DNA of 58,985 nucleotides, filler included, from Sphacelaria rigidula (taxonomy: Eukaryota): the NCBI GenBank assembly GCA_964200075.2. It is 5 parts of 5 records of this genome, joined end to end, with 100 filler letters (N's around TTAATTAATTAA, not from the genome) between each part and the next. Parts side by side here need not be neighbours in the genome. Positions count along the whole stretch, not along the records: positions 11,819 to 23,536 come from CAXNAA020004596.1; positions 23,637 to 35,353 come from CAXNAA020004597.1; 3 more parts are not named here. The stretch is one strand, 5' to 3'. The notes beneath the pieces were generated by a model that was not told where the DNA came from, ran no database searches, and saw nothing but the letters and a program-made list of their open reading frames with translations. Of the stretch, positions 12,491 to 23,780 are shown one piece after another (the first letter of the stretch is position 1; every line of letters begins with the position of its first letter). The translations under genes and the position numbers were made by a program.

Positions 12491-13094
12491 CGGCCGTGTC
12501 TTATCGCGACGAAATGGTAAGTATGAAAAGTAAACAAGCGTTCAAAAGCAGCATGTTGGTTAGTCGCCGCAAATATAGGTCCGCCTGGGGATCAATCAAC
12601 TTGATGCTTTGGTTTTGCGCTTGTTCCCCTTTCCACACTTCTTTTTTTGGTCTCGGTACGATACTTCCTAAGCAGGCCCGAATGGTCACAGTCGGACCAT
12701 TATACCACCGGGGCGCAGCGGCTACTGGAGTTCATCTATTCCTATGATCAACTCGTGCTCTATGCCGCAGGACTGCTGTTATAGTTATTTTTTTATCGAA
12801 ATTTCTATGCGAAGACACGGCTTGAGACACGGCCAGGACACGCCCTGAAGACACGGCCGTACCAAGTTCAGAAACGTTATTTCATCACCGGCGTGCCCAC
12901 AACAGTTGTATCTGTCGTCACCGTCATAAAAATGAAACCCTGGCTGGTTCAGGTATGCACCGGCCCAATAATTACAACCCCCATTCTAGCCAACTGTTTC
13001 CAGTACGAGTATTCATCATCGATACGAGCTGGGCGAGCAGTGAATCCCGCATTTGCACGCCCCACCATAACACAAGTTTACCAAATCAGCTCGA

Positions 13095-13547
13095 CTTGAG
13101 CACATCGCTGTAAACTGCAGACCAACCTGGTGACGCACGGCACCGCGGATTGGCGCAGTTTGGGGGATGATATCATTGTACTGCATTGAGTACCGGGTAG
13201 GGCTCGTGTTGTTGTGGGATAGCGTGTCTAGAGACGTTTTGTTTCACGAAATGCGGTGAAAGGCACGAGAAGACTCGACTTGTGCAGGCAAAAGCACACT
13301 GGTACGAGTAGTGCTGCAAGATGGCATCAAGGTCGTCGACAGCTCCATCATGGGAGAGAACCTCCCAGCGGGCGGTCATTCACCACCGTAAGAGGGAGAA
13401 GTACTGCCTCAAACTGCGCTATAGACCCCCAGATGCAAGGCGCTATGCCAGATTATGCGCAAAACAAAATGGTGGTGTCGGGAATCGAACTCGTGACCTC
13501 TGTAATAAAGGGCGGTTTCATCAGTTTGACCACCGGGGCGCAGTCGT
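13095..13547 (-). mobile_element. Putative tRNA-derived SINE (second family)
   Basis: The minus-strand head CGCCCCGGTGGTCAAACTG...GAGTTCGATTCCCGACACC has A-box-like and B-box-like motifs. A similar ACCACCGGGGCGCAG head end occurs at about 12704-12720. The 3-prime boundary is approximate. Confidence 0.5.
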
Positions 13548-16500
13548 GCCTCACGAAAAATTGGATGCTGTGCCTAATTTCTACATTTTTTGGCCGAAAT
13601 TGCACGAGGATCCCCTCCACACAAGGGCGCACAACATTACTGGGAATGCCTCCGCATATATATATATTTACGGAATTGAGTTTTTACCTTCTCTTTTTTT
13701 TCCTTGGCGTCCCTAGAAATGTTGTGCGTAGTGATGATAAAAATGTTGTGTCAAGACAGGAGGGCACGAAAAAAATAGTCCTAGACCCCCCCCCTTCCCC
13801 CCCGCCCTCGTCAGGCAAAAAAAATCCAAACGAAATGGGCGTTTCGGAGCCTTGTTGACGTCAGTAGATGACGACGACGTTGTCCAAACGATTCATGTGT
13901 GCCGGTTGTGCGTCGGCGCCTCTCTAGCGACTCTTGTATTGTTGTTTGTTGGTGTGTGCTGCTGCATTTGTCCTTCCATGTGATCCAAGTGATGACTCTT
14001 CTTGTACAAGCAAGTACAAAAAGACAAAGGCTTGGTCTTGGATACCAGACACGGGCTCATCTATCTTCACCTCTCCTGTCGTCCAGTAGGCCTGAAGAAG
14101 TCTCCGTGAACAATGGTTGGTACTCGATTTGATTGCAGAAAGAAGAAACGCACCCTTTGCCCGGAGCACTCTCAACCCCCCCCTTGTCCGAGGGTTTTCG
14201 GCATGACTTGGTCGGGGTTAGGGTGTTACCGTTAGGGTTGGCGATATCTCTACAGTACCAGCTATTATTCACCGGCATTTATTCGGTTGCCTCAGCGATA
14301 TCCGGATGTTGTTGTCGTTGTTGTTGTCTTCACATCCAATGCCGTTGCGATACCTGCTCGGTACATTCGTACTGGGCGTCTGATGCGGACGCCTTCCGTG
14401 GTCAAGGGATAGCTACCTATAATGGACATATCTCTACTCGGCTCCCGGTATCCCGGTCTATTCGCTGGCTCTGAGTTGTGTACTATTTTTTTTCAAGTGA
14501 AAGTCATCGCGATTCATAGGAGGACCTCACCTGACGTTGAAAGGGTTTCATCATCTGGTGAATCGCCTGCACCTCCACTTGAAAAATGAAACAAAACAAA
14601 CCAGGATACCAGGAGCCGAGTTTGAGATACCTCTAAATGAAGTGTGAGAAAATGAAACAAAACCAAAAACACAAAATAGACCCAGATGAAAACTCACCGA
14701 ACGCGACACAAGCACAACGGGGATAAATAATGAAGAAGAAAGAGAATACATATGGCTAACCTCAAAAGAGCCGGTGCCGCAGGTGGCCCTTCGGACGTCA
14801 GGGGGTGGCACCCGGCTTTCCAACTCGACGCGCGAGGCCAAGTAGAATGGACACAGGGTCCGACTACGGGCGAAATTCAAGGCCTCAAAGACCACCAACC
14901 AAAGAACTAAAGAATCCGGATACGAGATGAAAAAAATCGAAAAAAAAAAGACTGAAGACAGACGGTACATCAGCCGTTGCTGGACAGACTGTGGGCGATG
15001 GCGACATGGCCTGGAGTTGTTCATGAAGATTGATGCATGTGGTGGTGCATGGGTTTTCGCAAAATTGAGAGTAGAGGATACGATTACGAGTGAAAAGCGA
15101 TCAATTCATGAATGAATAGTTCCGGTTCCGACATGCCTCCTTTGATATTCCCGAGTATGATATCGACGTACAGCTGTAAGTGCAAGCCAGGCAAAGAAAA
15201 GCACGCAGAATACAGGCAAACAACAGAACACAAGATTGGTCGATGAAACCCACTCTCAATCAACACTCTACTCTAAAGTCTCATGAAAACATTGTTATGT
15301 GCAGACTCGAGTGGGCTGCTTCACGGACAAAAGTCCAAGAAGTCAATGATGGTGCACTGACAGGACGCCACGAAGTGCTGCTGTACTAACAGCTGTGGTA
15401 GTAACGCAGGAGATAACAGCACTGGCCATCGACTTTTCCCACACCTTACCAGGGGTGTACACCCGCTCCCACACAGACCACCACAGCTTGCCATAACAGT
15501 ACAGACAGTACAACAGTCGCACAAAAAATTCAAACTGATGACAAAGTGACGGGTGAAGCCCCCCACCTAGCTTGCCATGCCTAGCAGGAAGGGTACTGAT
15601 TGCTATGTCGTGCACGACTCAACTACGCCTGTGTTGTCTGTACTGACTTCCACGAGTGGTGAGAGTATCAGATGGATGTAAGATAAAACCCGCAGTTGAA
15701 CTGAAAAAAAAAAAACACGGGTCAACCGACCACCTGCCACGACTCTTTTACAAGCATACAAAACAGACTCCACTGCTTCATGTTTTGGGTGTTCAGGTTG
15801 TTGTGGCAATATGCAAAAATAAGTCAAGTCACACAGGAGGAAACGTCGCTCACAACCAAAGCTGAGCACAACCACCACTAAGATACCACGAGGGATAATG
15901 CCGGAGGGCCGGCGGGCCGGGAGCATAGCTTGAACCATAGGAGCCTTCAAAACGGAAGCTAACGTTGACGTGGGTTCTATTTCGAGGGATAAACACAAGC
16001 CCGAGGAAGGTGACGAAACGACTCCCACCTTGTTGATTGAGTGAAGTATTCCGCTCCAATCCTCCTTATCCCCACCGAGCAGCCAGCACAAACAAAGCTA
16101 CCTCCGTGCCTTCCCCCTTTCCCTACTCTCTCTTTCTCTCTCTCTCTCTCTCTTGTTGTGGTTAACCTTCCCAGACTAGACCATGCGCGAAAGTGCTGTG
16201 TAAAATCGTAGCTGTCCTTTTTTTGCTCTCCCACAAAGCGTAGCGTTGTTCTGTGTTGCGGAAGCTCAGTACAGTACGTACATCGAGTGTAACTCTGGGT
16301 ACTAAAGTGTAAGGGGGCACCAGAAATGTTTTTTATGGGGAATATATATGCACGGGAAAACGAGACACGGACGGCTGGGCCTCGATTCCATCGACACTTA
16401 CGCAATCTTAACAAATGTTTGGTCAATAGATAGATGCTATAGGCAAAAATGTACTGGGAAAAGTTCCGTCCTACTGCAACACCCTAACCGGGAGAGAGAG

Positions 16501-17840
16501 ACGAATGCGGCGGCGGCGCTCCGGCGGAGATGGTCACGGCAATGGTGGTGGCCGAGCCTGAAGCAACTTTTGCCGACAAGAGTACCAAGTCAGAGAGCCG
16601 AATCCGTCACCAAGACGATAGTGGAGGAGCCGCTTAACCCTTTTGGGACCGGGCCTCCACAACGACCAATGGTCAGGAATGACGTGTCTGGCGTCTGCAC
16701 GAAACAGCGGCGTGTTGCTGAAAATCCGCGTATGTTCGCGCAGGGTTATGACGAAGACCGAAAGTTTCATCAAGTCTATTTTCAGGTGCACAGGTGCAAT
16801 GCGGTGTACATCTGATGTGTCACGCAGTATGGGTCGCGGTAGAGAGCTTCCAACAGGATGTGGCGACCGGTGGGCCGCCCGCCACTTGTGGCTTTGGATA
16901 ATACTGTTGTCCCCATCACCTTGCCACACAGCCCTTTGTGGTCAGGGTGGGCCGCTATTTACCCCTTTGTTGCATGCGGCAAATTCTCTTCGAACGCGGT
17001 ATCAGTGCTGCGGCACGCATGCATGCAGGAGTATAGTACAATTCAGTAAAGTACAGTGTAGTACGCCTCTCCGACTGAAGCAGCAGCTGCCGCTGCATAC
17101 TCCCTTGCACGTTCTGGGCAATTCTCAGCTNNNNNNNNNNCAGCTACCGAGATCAACTACCTACATACCGCTTCTTCATCCCCACCCACTACATACATAT
17201 TAACTGCACCCTGGAAGTCATCGCCAGAGGGATGAGCAGAAATCACGACAGTAGATCCTTTTGTCTTTCCACAGCCCACCTGGTTTTGGGACGTGGTGAA
17301 AATGACCACATGGTAGCATCTACATTCCTTCCCGGCTTTCCGGTCGACCTGTGTTAGTGTAAATTACTACGTTTTAGTACGGAATTGAGACCCCAAAAAC
17401 CCACCGGAAAACTCGGAAACGGTATACTGAGTGCAAGTCATATCATAAAACCAAGCTCCGACCGCCCTGCGCTTGGAAACCTGCGAAGGCTTATCTGGGC
17501 CAGGGATAGTGTCCCCACACGATCTTTACAGTGGTATCATACTCGCCAACAACCCCAGCACTGGTCGTTCGGGTCTGGTCGATAAATTCGCCTCACCGTG
17601 ATTGAGCAGGTCGCTCGAAGACTTGTTTTTAATTATATCACCAACAGAGGGGGTCAACCCTGTGTTAGTGGGGGGTCGGTCCCAAAAGGGTTGAAGGCAC
17701 AGGATGCATGCCAAGCAAGCACAGTTCCGCACAAAACTAACGAGCATCAAAGGCCAGGACGGGAGAGGAGGCGGAAATCGCGGAAGCTGAAGTGAGCTCG
17801 GAAGATCTCGGTCCACGAAGTGTCTTCGAGGGCAAATCAA

Positions 17841-18700
17841 GGCTCACCTCCCACAGATGGGGGTAACTCAAAGTGTATTTTCGCGCGAAGCGCGATTATC
17901 GCCGAGCGTGTGGAAATCGCCACTCGGCAAAAATCGAGGACCCACCCGAAATCAAGAAAGAACTATCGAATGGGACATGTCCTGTATCAGTGCTGCAGCA
18001 CAACCATACTCATACTCTGTCTCGTGTGCTTTAGCTGTCGCTGCGCTGTGGCGTCTTCAGGCCTGTGTGGAAACGGTTTGATCTCCGCTGGGAAAGCCTG
18101 AGCTTTATTTTGTCACTACGTTCGTCTCTATGAAAAATGATGTCAAGTCGGCACGCAGTCCTCTTTACGCGCTGTTGAAATTTCCATGGTGTGTTGGCTG
18201 TTTCGTCTCGAGTCAATCGAACAAGGCGCTTCCCAAACCCATGATTTCTACGCTGTAGTTGTCGCTGTGCTGGTGTGCATCTAAACACTCTACGACGATC
18301 ACGGTGCGATGTGCGCTGGAGAGTGCCTGAGCAGGTGTACCGCTGCATTCTGTGTTTCGGTCTGCACAGAATTGGGGTGTGGGATCAAGGTGCTGTCCAA
18401 ACAAAGAAAGGTTGACACAATCGTCATGTGACGGCTGTGCAGCTGTTTGTTGCGTCTCCTCTGGTATTTCACTCTTTGTCGGGTGCCGTGATCGAGGAAG
18501 ACACGCAAGGCGGGTGCGTGCAGGTTGGGACAAACAAACTGAGCCAGCACGGATCTGCTGTATCCTCGTTTATTGACGGTCGCAGCTGTCTGCCTCGCAG
18601 CGGCACGATGTGTTGGCCACTCAAAGCTACTTTTCGACTCATGTTCCACTCGTTTTTCTCATCTGATTGGAGAAAGGTCGCCGCATTTTGGTGTATTTCA
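17841..18700. repeat. ~850-bp non-coding interspersed repeat, copy 1
   Basis: Colinear with 44551-45360, starting GGCTCACCTC(C/T)CACAGATGGGG...TTTTCGCGCGAAGCGCGATTATCGCCGAGCG. Confidence 0.85.
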
Positions 18701-18942
18701 AGACTATGGTTGGTCGAAAAATATTTCCACTCATAATTCTTGCCCCTGTCTGTGCGCCCAGTGCCAATCAATGAAATAGATCAAGGGCAGACCGAGCAGG
18801 CTATACCCAATACTCGGTGATTTTGAAAAGCCACACTCTTTGTTCCCAAATATTTGGGTAGATCTGCATGAACACGAATTTTTATTTAACGAACATCATG
18901 CGTCAATGCCAGATATGTATTGAACGACAACGGCACAGTGAC

Positions 18943-19052
18943 TAGGCTTTTACTTATTATGCTAGCACGGTTTTTGAAGAATTCGTTTATCTTGAAAATA
19001 ATATGGGGTCGCTATTAAGTAAAACCGTGCTAGCACAATAAGTAAAAGCCTA
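18943..19052. mobile_element. 110-bp hAT-type MITE
   Basis: ~32-bp TIR TAGGCTTTTACTTATT(A/G)TGCTAGCACGGTTTT; exact 8-bp TSD ACAGTGAC at 18935-18942 and 19053-19060. Confidence 0.9.
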
Positions 19053-19159
19053 ACAGTGACTTACATTACCTCACTGTTATCGACGTCATATTTGGTAGAT
19101 CGGCACCTAAATTACTGAGGAGCCAACAGCGACTCGGAACAAAGCTAAATACTTTTTTT

Positions 19160-22100
19160 TCATGAACTTCCATCCCCAGGCCAGCGTTTTCGCGGCTGGG
19201 GCTCCCGGTCCCTCTTGTTTTTTTTACGCGGAGCCTGTTCAGGCACCTCTGCGGGGCTGCCCCCGCCTCTACGCCCCCCTCGCCCCCGCCCCCGTTCCCG
19301 TCCTCTTCCTCCTACTACTCTTCCTGCTCCTCATCCTCCTCCTCTTCCTCCTCCTGCTCCGCGTCCCCCTCTTCTTCCGATTCTTCTTCCTCGTCCGATG
19401 GTGGTCCAGACGGCAGCCGACGTTTGCCGCCTCTCCTTCTTGTGCTGTCCGCCTGGACGTCGTCGTCGTTCTCCTCATCGTCCTCGTCTTCGTCGTCATT
19501 CCTTGAAGAAGATCCATTGTCGTCGCTGGAGACCTCGCTTCCCTCTTCGGTGTCCCCGTCCGGGCTTACGGGTGTTGTTTTCTTCTTCCCACGAACCCCC
19601 ACCACCCTGGCGCTTCCTCGTTTCCCCTTGCGTGCGAGACGAGCTTGCAGCTTCTTGGTGACAGCTTTTCCCTCCTCCTCGCTCACACTGAAGCTGGTGC
19701 GCCCTCGGTGTCCCTTTGCCTCAGAGCAGATTCATGACGGTCAACTCATCCGCGTGGTTTTCATCGAGTACCGCCATTCGACATGGCAGTCAGGACAAAA
19801 TATGCACTTCATCGACGCGTTGGTGTACGGTGAGGTCGCAGTGAACTTAAGCGCTGAGGCCAACGTTTTTTATGCTGATGAGCCTTGAGCCTTGGTCAGC
19901 AGGTTTCCTAGGCGCAAACAGGCATCTAGAATGGATGCGTGCTGCTCTTGAGCCGGTCGGTGGTTTGTGTATCCACGACTTGCAACCCTGGCGGCCGCAG
20001 AAGCCGCAAGTGCCGCTCTTCCGTAAGTCCTGTAAAATGGTTGGAGCGCAATAACAAGCAGTGGCGATTTTAGCGGTCATAGTCGTCCCTCAGAACGACC
20101 GACGAGTAGCCTATGTGCAAAAAAATAGAGGTCAAGATAAGTAGAAACAATAATTATGTGTTGCGGTGTTCGGGGCTCACTTTGCTTAGTCTGTTGAAGC
20201 CGGCACAAGGACTGTAGCATCTTGACGCCACCTTGTACGCATTTTCCTGGTCCCTGCGCCATGAAAAATGAGGTATGATTGAACGAGCTCACTGGAAAGG
20301 GACAGACGCCAAGGTAAAGACTAGATAGAGCCTGCGTCTGGTTGACTCCTCAAGAAGCGGGCGACACGTGGTAGGCTTTCCGCCATAAACCTCGTCAGGG
20401 CAAACGGCCGACTTGCTGGCCGCGTCAAACTACACAAGGGTATCCTGATAGTCCTCGCCAACAATGAGGTGACCGGCAGTGGAAAGTTGCTGAGTCAAGC
20501 GCTGAAAGCTGGCTTGTCTGAAAAGAGCATTTTGTTGAGGCTGGAGCAGGCCTTCCATGGCAAGTACAGTGCTAAAGGCTTCATGGTCGCTCTGCCGGTC
20601 ACCTCATTGTCGGCGAGAAATATCAGGATACTCTTGTGTTGTTTGCCGCGGCCGGTAAGTCGGCGGTTTGCCCTGACGAGGTTTATGGCGGAAAGCCTAC
20701 CACGTGTCGCCCGCTGCTTCCAGTATTTTTCGCGGTCTTCAGCTTCTTGAGGAGTCAACCAGACGTAGGCTCTAGTCTTTATCTTGGCGTCTGGCCCTTT
20801 CCAGTGAGCTCGTTCAATCATACCTCATTTTTCATGGCGCGGGGACCAGGCAAATGCGTACAAGGTGGCGCCAAGATGCTGTACAGCCCTTGTGCCGGCT
20901 TCAACGCACGAAGCGGAGTGAACCCCGAACACCGCAACACATAATCATTGTTTCTACTTATCTCGACTCACGTTTATACGCCGGCTTGTGCTGAATATCC
21001 TCGCAAGGCTAGCACATTCCTCCCTGGCTGTCCACCCTTACTGTGCACCCTGGTCGAGGTACTCCCGCGACAGTTTCTGCCATAGCATGAAGAGCCAAGC
21101 CCCTTCCTCCCACCCGTACCTCCCGGGGAAGTTGTTCGCTGGTCAGTATATGGGTTACCATGGGGTAGTTCTTCACTAATGGGTCTGGGACACGTGGGGT
21201 GAGCCACGGGCAGGCATGGATCACGCCTTTTACTTCCCTGGTCCCCACAGACTGCCCTCCAACACCGCCACCGGCTTCAGCTACCCCACCGCTCTCTCCC
21301 TCTTGCGACGCAACACCCATGCAATTTATGTCATCACCGTCTTCATTCGTGCCAGAACAGCCCGGTTGAGCTCCTTCCAAATGCTGGTCAGGGTCTAGTT
21401 GCATCGATGTACTAAGTCTGCCGTCGTCATCGTCGTCACTGATTACCACTTCTTCCGCCGATTTCTTTTCCTCTGTACTGCATGCACCCCGAACTTCCAC
21501 GTGTCTTTTTTGTCGATGCTGCCCACACTTGCACTTGTCGTGGAAAAGGGAGTGATCGACTTCGTACACTTCTTGGCGTTTATGATATCCCCACGTTGTT
21601 TAGAGATGGGCAACGCCCGGCAAAAAGTTACATTGTCAGCAAGTCGTGTTGCTCTGTTATCGACATATACGTGAGTTGCAACAAGTTGCGCCAAGAAAAT
21701 CACCATGTCAGTGTCAATTGAGTCAACAAATCGGTCGGACAGTAACCTGCAACGCCGCAGTGCTCCACGATATACTCCCTGGTGTGCTCTTGAGCCTGTA
21801 TGCTGCCCGGTCTGCGTTTCCTGCAAAAATGCGTGGCGCTGCCGAAATCATGCCCACATTCGCAGATCCAGTTCCTTTTTTCGTTTATCATCGCAACTTT
21901 TCCCATCAAACGCTGATGCTGCTGCTGCCCTTCTCTTGCGCGTACACAGCTGTGTAGTGCAAGTTTCGGGCACTGCACTCAAAGTTAGGTGATATCAACG
22001 ATAATACAAGATAAATTTCGTGTGTCAGCACGCTCGGTGTCATTACAACTTGGTCAGCATCAATACATCCTTGCGCAAAGATTTACTGCTCTCTTCCTCG

Positions 22101-22440
22101 CCGACAAAGCCCGGGCTCCGTGTGACGTACCATCCAAGGGTATTGCCAAGTGCTGCGACAATCTAGTCGGCGTTCATCCTTCAGAAGATAGCGTGGCACT
22201 CACGCTGACACTCACTCTGTGTGCCTTGTCGATTTTTCACGTTTTTTGTGCCTGGTGGACGTCGATGCCCGAGCCGTCGCCGAACCTTTTTCCACACCAG
22301 CAAACCCACTCGACGCCGTCACCATTGTCTTCATTCTTATTGCGGTGGTCCTCTAACCACGCCTGTTGATTAAAGGCTCGTTGTGTTGTACCAGTTTCCT
22401 TATCCTTGGTAAATGCCATGAAGTTCGGTGGTGGAGGTAG
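19160..22440 (-). pseudogene. Decayed large transposase-like / Zn-finger ORF, rearranged, with the catalytic core apparently deleted
   Basis: Frameshifted fragments: two W-x-C-x-C-G motifs (WVCWCGK, WICECGH), a helical segment YVWLTPQEAEDRE...LADNEVTG continuing on the inverted piece as SGKLLSQALKAGLSEKSILLRLEQAFHGKYSAKGF, a C-terminal CGFCGRQGC...CIFCPDC Cys cluster and a long acidic tail. Confidence 0.55.
20135..20963. repeat. Inverted duplication (arms 20135-20479 and 20592-20963, loop ~112 nt)
   Basis: The arms are reverse complements; the ORF track shows the same peptide (SSFNHTSFFMA.GPGKCVQGG.KML) on both strands. Confidence 0.92.
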
Positions 22441-23536
22441 GCTTTTGCTTTTTATGCGCGCATACAATTTCGCATGAAACGCGGTTTTGCGCATAACCTT
22501 GTGCGTTTTTTGAACACACATGTTTTTGGAGCATAACAAAGGCGTACAAGCCAAGTATACGCATAACTTGACGCATATAGTCCTCCAATGGGATTATGCA
22601 CCCCATGCCCTGTAGCTAGTAGGTGCCCACGGGTGCTCCATGTGGCATGGCTCGTCGAGTCGTGGCGTTTGTGTTCGTAGTTTCTTCCTTTGAACTTTGT
22701 TGCGGGTCTGAGATCGGTTATTGTGCTGTATGTAAACTACTCTGTTTCTGTTAAAACCGGTAAAAAAAATGAATGTGTCATATTTCACAACAGACGTAGG
22801 CTTTTGCTTTCTATTCGCTTTTTTTTTTCATGCCGGAAGGTACGTTCCATGCGGGGTGCCGCTTGGAACCGCCTCAAGAAGGACGCGAGAAAGGCGCATG
22901 AGTCGCGCATATTTCCCCAAAATAAGCATAAAGTGGCGCATAAATTTCACCTTTGAGCATAGAAACAAATGAAATGAAACGATTAAAATAAAATAAAAAA
23001 ATGCCCATGAAAAGCAAAAGCCTAGGTGAAGGTGCTCGCTGCGCGTCGCAGAAAACAACTCCACCAACCTCCACGCAGAGTATCGCCGCACTTACCGAAC
23101 TCTTTAAATCTCGAATCCTATTACTTCGTGCCTGCAGACGACCTCATTACCGCAGCCAACTTGCTGCAGCACAGGTGCCTTGCTTCATCGAAGTATCATC
23201 AAACTGAGATATCGCGAATCCGAGTCGTACATATACATAGAGCGCATCAACTCGTGTCAACCTCAATTAATACATGAATACACATGATTGAAAATTGGAT
23301 TGAGGTTGCTTGACCCACGTGTTGTCACCCACAGAGTGTCCCAAACCTTAACTCTGACATATTTGCTATCACTGTATAAGGAGATACCGATGTGGAGTGC
23401 GTTTGTATGGGGTTTGATAACCCCCCCCCTCCCCCCCCCCGACATATTCCAGGATTTAAAACTGGGGCTTAGGGTCTGGGACTTTTCTTGGGGGGGGGTG
23501 TACTCATGATCATGCATGCCATAGTCATAAGACCAT

Positions 23537-23636
23537 NNNNNNNNNNNNNNNNNNNNNNNNNNNNNNNNNNNNNNNNNNNNTTAATTAATTAANNNNNNNN
23601 NNNNNNNNNNNNNNNNNNNNNNNNNNNNNNNNNNNN
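23537..23636. other. Artificial contig spacer
   Basis: Same 100-nt N/TTAATTAATTAA/N structure. Confidence 0.97.
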
Positions 23637-23710
23637 TGGTACGCCCACATACACCGAAAGGTGCAGACTGGCGCCCAGAATAAATGGGACGACAACACAC
23701 ACAACACATG
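23637..23710 (+). mobile_element. 3-prime fragment of the tRNA-derived SINE seen at 51222-51579
   Basis: CCCACATACACCGAAAGG..AGACTGGCGCCCAGAATAAAT...CAACACACAC is the reverse complement of about 51222-51290. Confidence 0.7.
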
Positions 23711-23780
23711 TGACACTCATAGGGGAACAGAGAGCTTTTTTCCTGGACGAAAATTCCCCTTTTCCCACCTGCCAATCGTT

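Noticed and set aside
13924-17590. A multi-exon minus-strand gene from exon-like pieces (AYWTTGEVKIDEP..., THVNVSFRFEGSYG..., HVIPDHWSLWRPG...)
   Set aside because: I could not join the pieces in consistent phase and recognised no family. It may be real but is unsupported without transcripts.
19162-19888. Plus-strand Leu-, Pro- and Ser-rich ORFs
   Set aside because: They are shadow frames of the minus-strand GAG/GAA/GAC acidic low-complexity tract.
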